Positions 36,950 to 50,110 of a DNA stretch of 52,612 bases are shown one piece after another (the stretch's first letter is position 1; every line of letters begins with the position of its first letter). The stretch is from Atractiella rhizophila (lineage: Eukaryota), in assembly GCA_021432655.1 (NCBI GenBank), contig MU271498.1, positions 1 through 52,612 of the forward strand, in the 5' to 3' direction. The translations under genes and the position numbers were made by a program. The notes beneath the pieces are model-generated. The model was not told the DNA's origin. It saw only the letters and a list, made by a program, of their open reading frames with translations, and did no database searches.

Positions 36950-38250
36950 ACAACTACACTCTTCTCCGAAACTGGTCCCCTCACTGTCCGTTCCGCTTTC
37001 GTTCCTACAACTGGACGATGATGCTAGAGAGAAGGGCAGTGAAGGGGAGGATAAAGCAGGCAGATAGGCTGCGATCGAAGCCGCGAGTTGTGACGAGCTG
37101 CATGGCGAGGAGCTTAGTTGTTGCGATGCTCTCCCACTGGCACGAAGGAGAAAAGTAGATGGTGTACGGAAGAGGGAAAATCGACCATGCGCTGTTGCAA
37201 AGGATGTCTTCTCGCCTTGCATCGCCTGTGCGCACACCTCTTCTCCCCCAATGACTATTCAGTCCCTAGACATCTTTTTACAAGGCATGCTTCTCTTTCT
37301 CTCATGTATATGTAAGACCATTGACGTATGCTGAGGACAGGTGTTACCTTATATGTGGTGAGCGATTCTCATCGTCGGCTCCCTCGTAGTGCCCGACTTC
37401 CCGAGAGACGCCCGAGAGTTATCAAAGGCCTGTGAGCAATAATTCGATGCAAATTCGATGGTTTTCTGTACGAAATTCACGTCCTTGGTCTTGTCTCTAT
37501 TTATAGTAGAGTACGGCACTTCTATAAGCAAGCACCCAACATTTACTTTATACACCACGCCCTCGCTTCAGATGGTCTGTGAGAGTAGTGCGCGATTCGA
37601 TCGAGCAGACGCGGACATATCTTGATGATGTTCGAGCGGGAATAACAGCTGGATCATTCCTCTGCATGCCCGCCTTCGCCTTGGGTCTTTCGAGATCTTT
37701 CACGCTCATCAATTCGCGCAACAACACTGCATTCGTCCAATCTATCAGCGAGGCGGGTAGATTTTCTGCTGTAACACGGTCCATCCTCCTCTTTTGCGCT
37801 CAAGCGGGAATGAAGGAGGAGGCATCTAAGTAACATCTGTCTCCCTAACGCAACGCCTTCAATAGAATTTGAAGCACCCTTCGGGGAAAATCTTTATCAT
37901 CCTCCTCCATGTGTGCGTATTTCAGCTCTGCTTTCATTGTCCATATCTGACGATGACGCTGATGGGATAACTAGTTATTAGATAGTCCTGAAACCTCGGT
38001 TTCTGTTGGTTCGCTCTTTTCCATGGACAAAAGACAAATGCCTAAGCGTGAGACGACAGGAGAGGAGAGCCGGGAAGTCCAATGCCTCGTACACGACGCG
38101 ACTTGCACGACCAGAAGTGCTCTGCAACAGAGGAAAGGCAAGCATTCTGTAAGTCCTTTGCATCGCTCCGAATCACTCAGAGACCAGACCTCTACACGTT
38201 TAGCCTAATAGATTTTCAGCCTTCAGACTGTAGATCGTACTAGTACAGAG
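36950..38250. other. Unresolved coding-like region (orphan gene or pseudogene)
   Basis: Several 60-90 aa ORFs on both strands; differences from the mirrored diverged version often fall every third base, suggesting coding constraint. Strand and product not determined. Confidence 0.35.
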
Positions 38251-38943
38251 TACCATTAAACCGGCTTCTAAATAACAGCAAAACTCACTGCGGCGACAAA
38301 TAAGACACTTGAATGCCAAATCATGCGACGAAGCCGAACCACACACTGTAGATGCAAAGAAGACGAGAACGCATGGTTCACGCAATGGATGGGATCTTGT
38401 TGGAGGGCTCTAATAAATTAAAAACTGAATGTCAGTTGGTATCACCGTTGTTTGAAAAACTTTGACGCTTCACAGTCGAACGCTTCACGGCTTCAATATT
38501 TCATTTTATTACGTCGAGCATGAAGCAGCACACAGAGCTGAAGATTCATAGTATGCTCCGAATGAATTTTTCAGCCTATTCATAGATTTGATCAAAGCAT
38601 GAACATCATACAGCTCATACACATCACTTCGAAGCATAACGTTGAAATAGACTCGGAGGTTCTCACCACGTCCTGCTGTCCATTGCTCTCCTCAGCGTAC
38701 AGTACTTGATCTCACACATCGGATGGCTTAGCACTCCTTTCATGGTGGCTTTCATGGTTGCCCTAATACGAAATTGAGAACTCCGAGAGGGAACTGAAGT
38801 GAGCTCTTCCCAAACAGAAACAAACACTTGTTTACCATAGCCACCACGTAGCAGCGAGCGCTCGGCAGAGCTTTCCGGTACTGCATAGGAGGGGACATCT
38901 AACTTATTCTTCATCAGTCTACAAAATTTCTCAGCATTTCATA

Positions 38944-41339
38944 ATGGATCAGCATTCCACCTCCTCCTTCCTCCGTCGCTCATCCCGTCCACCAGCCGCG
39001 GAATATCCCCAGGCATATCCCTTCAAACGTGCCCTAGCCTCAGCCTCAAAGAAGAAACGGGCAGGCAAGAGGGCCCCCGCGGACCTCCCGCCGTCCTCCT
39101 CCTTCTACGTCTCCTCCCTCCCCGGCCTCCCTGCCTCCTCTACACTCTCCATGTTCGCAGGCCACCTCTCCTCCGCCGCAACTTCCCCAACTTCTGCTTC
39201 AACAACGCCTGGAGACCCAAACCTTTTCTTTCTTTTGATGAAGAATAGACATATCGCTGATCGTCCCAGACTTATCATTTGGTTTAATGGTATGTGTTCT
39301 CTTCCAACTCTTTCAAAGCCAGGATTAGGGTAGAGGTGTTAATGTGTGCTTGTTTGGGCAACGAAAGGTGGCCCCGGATGCTCGTCCTTCGATGGTGCTA
39401 TGATGGAGATTGGACCGTGGCGATTAAAAGGAGGGGAGCTGCGGGAAGTGGAAGGTGGATGGAACGAGTATGCAAATGTATTATTCGGTTCGTCCTCTCC
39501 TCATCTCCCTTTCTCTTCAGCTAAGGAATGCGTTGGTGTTGGTGTTGGTGTTGGCGGAATTGGAATGGATTGTAGTCGACCAACCGGCTGGCACGGGTTA
39601 CTCGACCGTTAATACGGATGGATATGTTCACGAGTTGGGAGAGGTCGGAAGTCAGATGGTGTCTTTCTTGAGGAGGTTCTACGACGTCTTCCCAGAGTAC
39701 GAATACATGGAGGTGCGGTTCTCCCTCCTTACCAATAAAGTAAACATCTCACACGTTACCTGTTGCTTCGTGATGGTCGGTAGACATATTTAGCTGGAGA
39801 GAGCTACGCCGGCCAATACATACCCTACATCGCCTCCTCCATCCTCTCCACCACTCTCGTCAATCCACCACTCAAAGGTCTCCTAATAGGCAATGGCTGG
39901 ATCGATCCCATCTCGCGTTCGTCTTCTCCCTCTTTCTTTGCTTCTCTGCACTCCACGATGTGAGGAAAGCCAACAAACGGCGGCTAGATAGAATACCCTG
40001 CATATCTAGACATGGCACTCGAGTCCTCACTCATCAAACGTGGAACGCAGGCGTTCAAGGACGTGGAAGGAGCGACGAAGAGGTGTAATGCGACGTTGGA
40101 GGCGATGGAACGTTCCGAAGGCGGGGTGAAGGTGCATGTTGGAGCTTGTGAGCGCATACTCAGTCTCATCACCGACAAAACGCTCCTAACGTACGTTTCC
40201 CTCCTACCCTTTCCCCTTTGCCCTCCGCACAATCGAAATCGAAATCACATTGAACGTTTGTTGACTGTTTTGGCCGCACAGGGTGAATGGCCAACAGGTC
40301 TGCGTGAACAACTACGACGTCCGTCTAACCGATTCATATCCCTCCTGCGGCATGAATTGGCCTCCAGACCTGACAGAGGTCACTCCTTACCTCTCTCGTG
40401 AAGACGTCAAGCAGGCGTTCCACGCGCAAAAGAAGCAAGGAAACTGGCATGAGTGTGCTGGAGATGTGGGAGCGAACTTTTGGGCGTCTGAGAGCAAACC
40501 CGCAGTGGAACTTTTGCCGGCTTTGCTGGAGAAGGTCGAGGTGTTGCTGTTCGCCGGAGACCAGGGTCTGTTTAGTCATTAAGTTTGTTTGGTGCGAGAC
40601 TGAGAGCAGATGCGGGGTGATAGATTTGATCTGTAATCATCGAGGGATAGAAGCTTTGATCGATCGTTTAACCTGGCAAGGAGTCAAAGGCTGGGGCGTA
40701 CGCCTCCCTCTTCTTCTTCACGACAGATCTAACCTGGGATTCTAGGACGCAGTAGCAGAAGATTGGTTCGTCTCCTCCGTCAAATCAGGCACCTGGACCC
40801 GCTCCCGAAATCTAACCTACGCCCTCGTCCACGGCGCCTCCCACATGGTTCCATACGACGTTCCCCTCGTTGCACAAGACATGGTCCTCCGTTTCATGGG
40901 CGTCGACCTCCTCGCCGCCTCCGGCGAAGGCGGACGTGTACCCTCGCGCGTCGGAGACGAAGAGGTGGAGGCTGTCGTCGGACAGACGAGCTCGAATGTT
41001 GGCACGACGAAGGAAGAGGATGAGGGCGGGATGGGAGTGAAGGAGGAGGAGTATGCGAATGTCGGGTCGGCTGCTTTTATCATTTTGTTGTTGGGGGCTG
41101 GTGTCGCCATCTTTTGGTTCTTTCGCCGGAAGAGTCGCGGTGGCAGCGGAAGTGGTGGGAGGAAGGGGAAGATTGCCGTTGGTGGTGGAGGGAGGGAAGA
41201 GAGGGATAGGATGAGGAGCGCAGAAGAGGGGAGGGAACATGAACTTCAGATGTTGATGAGTGAGGGAGAGGTGTTTGCTGTCGGTGACGAGGAGGAGGAT
41301 GGGGAAAGGGAGGATAAACGGAGGGAAGGGAAGGATTAA
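38944..41339 (+). CDS. KEX1: Pheromone-processing serine carboxypeptidase KEX1 (S10), copy B (in contiguous sequence)
   Basis: Same motifs as copy A (GESYAG, DLICN, HMVPYD, TM, acidic tail). Confidence 0.92.
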
Positions 41340-43958
41340 TTGTCTGCTTTAGATTCATCATCGCATTAATTTGTTTTGGTATCATCTGCCTGCCTGGACT
41401 TGTAATGGATGGACTTTACTCTTTCGTTAAGTCATGTTGGTGTGTCGCGTCACAACCTACAGACGTGGCCATTACATGCATCCAATCATGCTGCACTCAG
41501 GAGCCAACTCAGGTGCACTTCACTCAACACCAAAGCACCTGGTACTCCTTTTACGTAACGTTGCACGGCACCAAACTTGCTGCACCGCCTTCGGACTAGA
41601 GCTCCGAAGTAGAAGCAGTTGAAACATAACAAAACGAAAGGCGGGTCGGGACATGAGAGTTCGATATGTCTAATCAAGCGGGACTCCAGAGCTTGGCACC
41701 TATAAAAAGGATTATCAGACCTAACCTTCACGGAGGTTGGGAAGATCGTCAAAACCTACTTCCACTACGGTAGAATGACCAGCCTACACCTACGACGTTC
41801 CCTTGGCCGAAGAACTCTACACTCTACCCGTAACCTCGACCGAGATGAGACCTAATGCGCTGAGGAGAGATGGGGAGTTGTTCGAGGTGACTGTGTCACT
41901 AGGAGCCTAAGTGCATTCACATTTGAATGTTTCAGCAGCAACTAATATCAGGGTCTTACCTTTAGCCAGTCAAATCCTTATCCCTATAATCCCAACCCAT
42001 ATTTTGCTAACTTCGATGCCGGTCCGAGGGTTGCTATTGAACAGTCGGGGTTTGGGAGAACGCAGTTAAAGAGGGGTGTTTATCGGCAGCGTCAATCTTG
42101 ACTTGCGAAGACACTACTGAAAGCGAGCAAAAAAACTAGGTACGAATAGCCAAGGTTTGAGTCACGATGTGACAAAGGCGGTCGCATAAGAAACCTATAA
42201 CATAGTATCAGCCTTTCCTTCTCATTTGTTTACATAGCTGATCAGCTTGTTGTCTGTAGCTTGGAAACACCATCTTTCAGGCAATGACACATTCTCTGTC
42301 TCTTCATCCTCTCCCCTTCCTTCCCCGAGATGTCTCCTTCTCTTTCTTCCTTGCCCTGCCCGCAAGGGTTCAAGTGAGGACAGATTCCACTCCCTTCCGC
42401 TTCCGCGTCTACTCGATCCCCAAGCAAAACACTCTCTTTCTCCGCCCAACCCTCGATCGATTACTGTTGAGACAAAACGTGTTGACGACGATGGCGTGTC
42501 AGCAGCGCGGTCTGAAACCAGCCAGACTCAAGTGCGTGACATTTTCTTATAATCTCAGTATGGGCTCGAAAGCAACGTCGAAAGATGGTGCTTGCCTTGG
42601 CAATTCAAAGATAGATGATCATGCAAAAGTTGATTTTTCAGTGACAAAGCAAAGGATGAGAGCAAAACGGTGGAGATTGTGCATTAACCAGCAATCACCG
42701 ACCACCTCAAAAAGATCAAATAGCAGATATACAGATGCAGACGGAAGTGTCAACTTCGAGCACAGTTTAGATCACTGATAATTTCAAGGGTCGTCTTCAA
42801 AGTAGGAGATCTGGGAGTGCATTGTCGCAATCATCCTCAAACCGAGCTCAAAAGAGCGTTATGTTGAAAGAAATGTTCGAAAAGATCAACGCTTTGCACG
42901 GCGTACCATCAACCAAGCCTGCACGCCGCTTCCTCGCGTTCCAATGCAAACGAGGACTCACCACGAAAATATATGTATAGCTATGACGCTCATTCATCTC
43001 CTTTCCATCAGTGTCCATGAATTTAAACATGGTACTCCCTTAACACGGCGTGACATCCTCCCTAAGCCCTTCTCCCTGTTCTGATAACCGACTCTAGCAG
43101 TTGAGTCTGCAGGTCTGGGAGGGATGTTTAGGAAGGGATATGAGTGAAGCTGCTAGAATGGAATAAAGGGGGACGTCGTCGTTTTGACCGTTAGATGTCA
43201 AAGTGCAGCTGTGGGAAAGGAATGCGCACATGTTGTCGATCGCGTAAAACGCGTCCGCGCGCCTCAAACGCCACAGATCCATTGAACAGTAAAGCATGAC
43301 GTGAATACAACCTCCTTGAGCGTTTCAAAGGCGTCACATTGTTGGCTCGTATATAAGTGGGAAGGTAAAGAGGTGTTTATGAAAAAATCCCCCTTTTTTT
43401 GCGATTTTTACATTTTTTAGCAGACTCTCTTTGAAAAAGGGTGGGATCTTCTCGATATCTGATGCCATGATGTGGGTGGGCCTGCTGAGCCAAAATCTAA
43501 GCTGGTTGAGGCTCGAAGGTGAGACTTTCTGTTGATAGAAAGCATCATGGAGGGGATGTTGGGCATTGCATTTCTCCACTCCAGAAATGCCTGCCTTGTT
43601 GCTTCCTTTGCAAGTTCTCTCTTCTTAAACATTATCGCAATCTCATCAAAATTCAGAACGAATGTACTGAATGCTAGTCTACCTTTGACGTTACAATGTC
43701 ACCGCAAATGCCAGAGCAAATAGCGCTTCTGGTCTTCCTGTCAAGGTTGTATTCGACTAGGAAAGGGGCTTTAAACGAAGGCAACATTATAAACTTTATC
43801 ACGAAGTTGTGATCAAGAGACAGGTTCCGCAGACCTCAGTTCAACCACCAACGACGACTCTACCCAGACATTCCACACTTGCCGTTCTTGATTAGCTCTT
43901 TCTCGAGCCACTTCTTGCATACAAGCTACTTACAGCCTATTTAACCATTAAATCAAAC

Positions 43959-44946
43959 ATGGCTCGATACAACAACAACAACACGATGGCGCGTTCCGCT
44001 CCCTCTTTGAAGGAAATGAAGAAGTAAGTCATCTTTCTTTCCTCCTCCTCCTCTCTCTTTCGATCTATTCTGACGAGAATTCACGGGGAATAGAAGTTCG
44101 AAAGAGTCCTCGACGAAAATTGATTCGATGAAGACGTTGCACATCAAGGGTGCGAGGAAGGGAATGGACATGACTTCCCATCCCGCCACTGGTCGCGCCA
44201 CTCCTCCTACCTCTCTTCAAGGGAGCGCCAGAGGTCCCCGTCCCCGTCCTGGCTCCGAAATCATGTACGTCGCTCTTTTTACATTATCATGGGCTCGTCC
44301 GTTCATTCTTTCATCGCTGGTAGTGCTAGAAGGACCGGGGCTCCAACATCCTCGCCGTGAACTCTGATAACAGCCAGGAATCACACTCTGACATGGATTT
44401 GGCTGGAACGGTGAACGGGTTCGTTTTATTTCTCCTTTCCTTGGATCTCATCCCTGAGTCAAATGCTTTTCCGCTGGGACCAGTGTCAGAAATCTCGGTT
44501 CGAAAGTGCAAGTCATCCAATTACAGAAACTTGCTCCTTCGACGATGTTCGTATTCTCCCTCTTCTCCCACGTTCACTCCGGAGTCTCATACGCACACGC
44601 GTGGAACAGTTTCTGCGATTATCCCGGTTCAAACATTGAAGTCGCCCAACAGCAGATTCCTGCTCCTACGCCAATGTTCGTATTGATTTACTTCTTATAC
44701 CGCCAGCCCAGAGTCTCATACTTGTGCGGTTTGGACAGTTTCAGCAATCAATTTTATTGGAAAGTTGACGTCGTCGAACTTCAGCTTCCTCCTTCTCCAC
44801 CAGTGTGCGTAATTTATTTCTCACTGCCCTGTCTCCAATCGAGGGTCTAACGCGTCCGCCGTTGGGATAGCTCCGAAGATAAATTCGTTTCCAAAGTGGA
44901 AGTCGCCCAATTGCAAGTGTCTATGGGAGACGACGACTCCGAATAA
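43959..44946 (+). CDS. Orphan multi-exon gene/transcript with tandemly repeated exon-intron units
   Basis: ATG GCT CGA TAC... followed by regular donors (gtaagt, gtacgt, gttcgt x3, gtgcgt) and YAG acceptors. The frame appears to close early (~44360), so the coding status of the later exons is uncertain. Confidence 0.45.
44532..44918 (+). repeat. Degenerate tandem repeat, ~129-bp period, about 3 units
   Basis: gagtctcatac at 44582 and 44711; atgttcgtatt, acagtttc and gaagtcgcccaa recur. Confidence 0.8.
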
Positions 44947-45848
44947 TCAAGCCATCGAGATCCAAGTATGTTGAGGCTGTTTACCTCTTCACCTCTAGCA
45001 ATACGAATATTGACACTTATGATTTCGGATAGGGTAGCCCCTCCCTTTACCTTTTCACGGCCCATCCGTGGGAGAGGGCTACAATTTCAATCATTAAAGA
45101 GGCACACAAATCTCGAGCTTCTTTCGCCTACTTTCACGGCGACAAGTATCTCCATATACCTGTCTTCGACATGTCTCCGCCTCTTTGTTTTATTCATCTC
45201 GTTCTCGTTCTTCCTCGTTTCGTTTCCATCTTGTTCGCATTCTCAAACTCTTGCCTACAGTGCACAGTCTCAATTGCTTCTTGTTTGAGCTTCTGTCTGC
45301 ATCTGACATTCTCCTTCGGAGTGTCTCTTGGCTTCTTCTATTTCTTGTCCCCTCTGAAGTCTCGTCCACTGAATCTTACCTCCCTCTCCATCTTCTCCAT
45401 CTCCGAGTACCTTCTCGGCTCCCTCCCCACTTCTCCACTTAGTAGCTTCTCATGTCACATAGCTTGATCTCTCAGAGTTTTCTTCGCTATTTCTTCGTGT
45501 ATGCCAATTTGACAACAACAACTTGACTCGACCTTCTTGATTCGACAATTCGACTCAACTTTCTTGATTCATTTTGTTTGCTTCGGCATTTCTCACTTTT
45601 ATCGTCTCTATCGTCTCCTTTTTCGTTTTTTGTCGCTTGATTTCTTGTACATATAAGTTATAAACGACTGTTGTTGTGAAGAGTAGAAGAGCATAGTCGT
45701 TACAAGTAATCAAGCTATATTATATCAAACCTCTTGTCACAATGTCGGAACTTCATGGCCCGTTCGATGTTTCTGGAGAGCATGGACTCGACATCCATTA
45801 GGGGCGATCGAAAACTTTCAAAGGCAGATACGGCGAACAAAATCCTCA

Positions 45849-47193
45849 TTACTCTTTTTCCGTAGCATGAACAGACAGCAGAGCTTTATCTAAACGAGCG
45901 ACTTTCGCTTGGCCGGAGAGCCAGAACTTTGTGAGGGCGAACAAAGCTTTAGCTGCCTCTCTTCTTCCTTCCTGCGTCCCGAGTTCGTACTCCTCGCTTT
46001 GAATAAGGTAAACATATTGATCGGTAGGCAAGACTGGAGAGGTCCCCGTGGTTGCAGCCAGTAGAAGTTCTTGAGGGAAAAAGGCAACAGAAATGTGAAG
46101 GCGTGAAAAGGTCAAGCACAGGGCGTAAGCCTATTATTGTAAACAATGTCAATGTCTTAGATAGAACATATGAGTTGAGGGACACGAACCTCTTGGTCCT
46201 GCATTCCATATTGTTTCACATTAGCCGATATCTGAGAGAGCATTGTGCCGATTTCCTCCCCGTAATACTTTGGTGACGGTCCCACTAAGAGCTTAGGCGC
46301 TGAGGATGAAGGTGCCGACGGTCCATCACTACTGGTGGAGCTGATTCGTGATGGCATTCGGCTGCCAGTTGTGCCTTTTGAGAAAGGTGTAGAGTGCTGG
46401 ATATTCCTTCATTAGCTGAAGGCTAAAGCGGAGAAATCCGCACCTTTGAAATGAACGAAGCTATAGGCACTTCATCCTCAGAACTTCTTTCACATCCATT
46501 CCAGCAGACTTCGCGGTGCAGAGGGACCGTCCAGGCCACGCCTCCCAATTCAAAACTGCGTTCCTCCTTCGTTTCCCTGGTCATACTTATGTCCCGTATG
46601 TAAACAAATATCAGACAACAGCTGTGGAAGAACAAAACGTTGAGCGTACACGGACTCTGTGAACAAAGCTATCTTAGAGCTTTCTGCCAGAAGCTCGAAT
46701 ATCGGATCGGTCATGGCTGCTAGCAACGCCTCACCCTGGATGTCGTCCATTGAACTACTGCCAATTGACAAGGACAAGCCTTCTATGGCAGAGTCAAAGG
46801 CGTTGTCTTTGAGATCAATCTTCAATTTTGGATTCTCCAGTTGCTCCTGTGTGGGCCGCGAAAAATCGTCAACGTATTTCTGTTCGACTACCACGGTATC
46901 AAAAGAGGTCTATGCGGCATCGCAAACACTGCACCGTTTGTAAGATTAAAAAATTGAGAAGGGAGAATCCTTTGCAAAGGTATGCCGGATATTGGGACTA
47001 CGCGACACGCTTTGACATGCTCGTTGTTCCAATGGTCGACATTGGTGGAGCACTTTTTTCCAGAGTGCCTCCTAACAACGGGTAGTTCGCTCACTCGGCA
47101 AGAAGAATACTCAATAAAAAGAGGATTTTGAGCCACCTCTTTTTGAAGACTCATATCAAAGTGTAGATTACTTCTGTCCAGTATTGTTCCCAT
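45849..47193 (-). CDS. Hypothetical protein (multi-exon; possible PD-(D/E)XK-like C-terminus)
   Basis: Chain of minus-strand exon-like ORFs (MGTILDRS...; VVEQKYVDDF...; GEEIGTMLSQ; LHISVAFF...SEEYELGTQEGRREAAKALF*) separated by GT-AG introns. The fold assignment is a weak recollection and unverified. Confidence 0.6.
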
Positions 47194-47668
47194 CGTTGGA
47201 TGTGACTTGTTGTGGTTTGGGAAGCAGTCTATGATGATAGGCTTGTGTGAGAACACAGAGAGAGAATTGTTTTGGCATCTCGCGGAGACGAAGAACGTGC
47301 AGCTTTCACGTTTATGTATCAAAGAAGTTACGCCGCTTGCCCTTGTTCTGGCTGGACAAAGGAAGGAACGCTTCCGAATTTGGCAAGACCATCAACAACT
47401 CTTCATCATCGTTCATGTTCCTTGTAAGTTGCACAAGTAGGACACTTCTTAGTAAAGCGAAGCATACTTTAGTAGCCTGAGAAGCTTCACCGATGCATCA
47501 TCTTCCAGAATATCGTCGATTTAAGCATCAATAAGTTCATCTGCATGGTGAACAGAGAACCCATGTCACACCACATAGAGGTTTGTTTCTGCTGAATATG
47601 TATGAAAACACTCTGATGGAATTTCTCAACTATCGACTCGAAATGTACATGAATGACACTGAATAAAA

Positions 47669-49158
47669 TTACTTTTTGACATTTCCCACTTGTTCGATCC
47701 TCGCGACGTATTCTGGGAAGTTGCTCTTCAGATTCTCAATATATTTTTGCCTCGCGGCCACCTGGGCTGGATTGAGGTTGTTGTGATTGAGCGTGGCGTC
47801 GAGTTTTCCAGCCTGCAATGTCACAAATCAACTCTTCGCCGGATATTCTAACCCGTTGACTGAATCCGTACCTTTTCTAATAGTCGCCTAAACCATTCGC
47901 AGCACCTGACGAGGGGAACTTGCGCGCCAGTGAACCTGGGCAGCAAAGCATACTCTGATTCTCCCCTCAAAATATTTCGGACCATAACCTTTGTGACGTC
48001 GGCAGGTTGAAGGGTAGGGTTTACGCTTTATGCCCAAACCCGAAGATCAGCTCTAGTCAGTGTTTAGGAAGCAGAGAAGGCAAAGTACAATTGGTTGTCG
48101 CTGTCTGCGAGATTGGCTCCCATCTCTGTTTGCACCTTTCCGGGGGCAATAAGAGTGGTTCGAACGTTTGAAGCGTTGTACCTTTCACAAACTGTCAGGT
48201 TGAGAAGTAGAAAATGAGATAGCACGGTACGTTGCTACAAGCTCGATACGTAGCGTCTCATGAAGCGCCAATGTAGCGGCCTTCGAGCAAGAGTATTGCG
48301 AGAGTCCTGGAATGGACACGAAACCCGCCATCGAAGCGACAGTGATGATGTGGCCATGATTGATCTACTGCTTTATCAGCCAGCCAATAAAAACCTCGCT
48401 ATTGTTTGGCGGCTCACCTTGACTATGTGTGGGAGGAACTCTTTCAGGATCACCACGTTTCCAATGGTGTTGACACGGAGCGCGAATTCGTATTGGTCAA
48501 TCGTCGATTCAAGGATCGAAGATCCGACAGCGACTCCAGCATTGTTGACGATTATTGTAGGTTCTCCCACCTTGACTCCGGATGAGAAAGGCGAATGGAC
48601 TCGAGTAAGCAATTTGCGCACCTCGCTTCTGATACGCTCAGCAACCTCATGGACCATCTCTGGTTTCGTTACATCACACTTGTAATATTTCACTCCAGCT
48701 ATCGCCTCCGCATCAGCACAGTTACAGGAGAACTGAGGAGTGTGCCTACGTTGGGGATTCCTCACCTCTGCCAAATCGAGGACCACGATCCTTCTGGTAT
48801 GTTTCGAAATCCGCTCCACAAAGTCAGCTCCAATGCCGGTGCATCCACCTGTAACAAGGACCAAGTCCTTCCCGCCATCCTTTTCGAATCTGGCAGGGTC
48901 TCTCTTCGTCCCGCGATTCAAAGCGACAAAGTTGAGCCAGTCATGGACAGCTTTGACGAGCGCGAAGATTACGAGCGCCTTCACAGAATTCGGGGTACTC
49001 CTGAGGGCAGGCAGCAGCAGGTCTGATCGGAGGGACTCGAGGGACAGTGGCTTGGGCAAATTATTCGCGAGAGAAAGGAGTAGGACGAGGAGTCCTCCCT
49101 TGAGCGAGAATATGGAGGAACCTAAGAAAGAACCAAGAGTATCTATGTTGAACGGCAT
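47669..49158 (-). CDS. Short-chain dehydrogenase/reductase (RDH10/17beta-HSD11-like), N-terminal membrane anchor
   Basis: VLVTGGCTGIG (TGxxxGxG), YYKCDV, IVNNAGV, HIITVAS, YSCSK (YxxxK), HETLRIEL; stop at 47669-47671. Confidence 0.92.
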
Positions 49159-50110
49159 AATGTTGGAAGATTTGGAGTGAATCTGCTGGGGGAAATAGGG
49201 CGGTGAGGAGCGAATTTATGCGTTTTTATTACGTTTAAGTGTAAGTGTGACTTTGGACTGGATCAGTGTCCCGTGTCCCGCTTTCAAGACTATTTGCCGG
49301 TAAACCCGCATAAGAAGAAAGCGATTGCCGAATTACCCGACAGCCGGGACAAAAATAAGAAAGGCAAAAAAGGAAACCTCAGATCGAGATTCGAACTCGA
49401 GTTACGGGAAGATTTTAATCTCAAAATCCCGTGTGCTAACCAACTACACTATCCGAGGCTCTTGTTGTCATTGGTCCTTCCGTCCATCTCTCAAGGAACC
49501 TAGAGAATTGAGGAGAAGAGGACGGACAAGAAGCAGAAATTTGAGCATTCGTTCCAGCTTTTTGTTTGTAGGTTGAGTAGATGAAAATATGGTTGCTTTC
49601 AACCATTACAACAAGAAGTCTCCCCAAAAACGACCACTCGCGGATGATCCACGCTAATAGTGACACCTCTGTTGACTGCTACTTGATGCTCTCTGACTGG
49701 ATAGTGGAAAAGAATACGGGAAGAAAGAGGGAGCATGACTTTTTCACCCTGTCGTCTGAGGTGTTCTTGAGAACTCGAAATCAACAATAGCTGAAAGAGA
49801 GAAACTAATTCCTAATGGTCATTCGCTTTAACTAGCTTTGTCGTTTCCTTCTTTTCACTCCTGCATCTGCACTATTTCCAGTGTCTAATCATAGTGTCCC
49901 TGGAATTCAGCCACGACTCTCGCGAATAATTACAAGCAATTGCGGCAAGTTGTAACAAGAAGAATCCCCATGCCCTCACTTCTTCAAATGCGTATGGGTC
50001 AGACTTTGGGATGGCACGTAGTCCTAATCACTTCCTTGTTGATACATGGTTTTACAGAGCGGCATTAAAAATACTCATTATTATAGCAGCAGTAGATAGT
50101 AGCAAATGTG

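Noticed and set aside
38040..38100. F-box-like string LDFPALLSCRLTLRHL on the minus strand
   Set aside because: Comparison with the mirrored diverged version favours a different conserved frame; too weak to call.
44532..44918. WD40-like 43-aa repeats on the minus strand with TGA read as Trp, or a CRISPR-like array
   Set aside because: A plus-strand exon-intron structure explains the period; there is no WD40 core, no identical repeats with unique spacers and no cas genes.
49273..49790. Small plus-strand ORFs between the SDR and the 50.1-kb gene
   Set aside because: Mostly non-ATG starts, no motifs and no convincing splice model.
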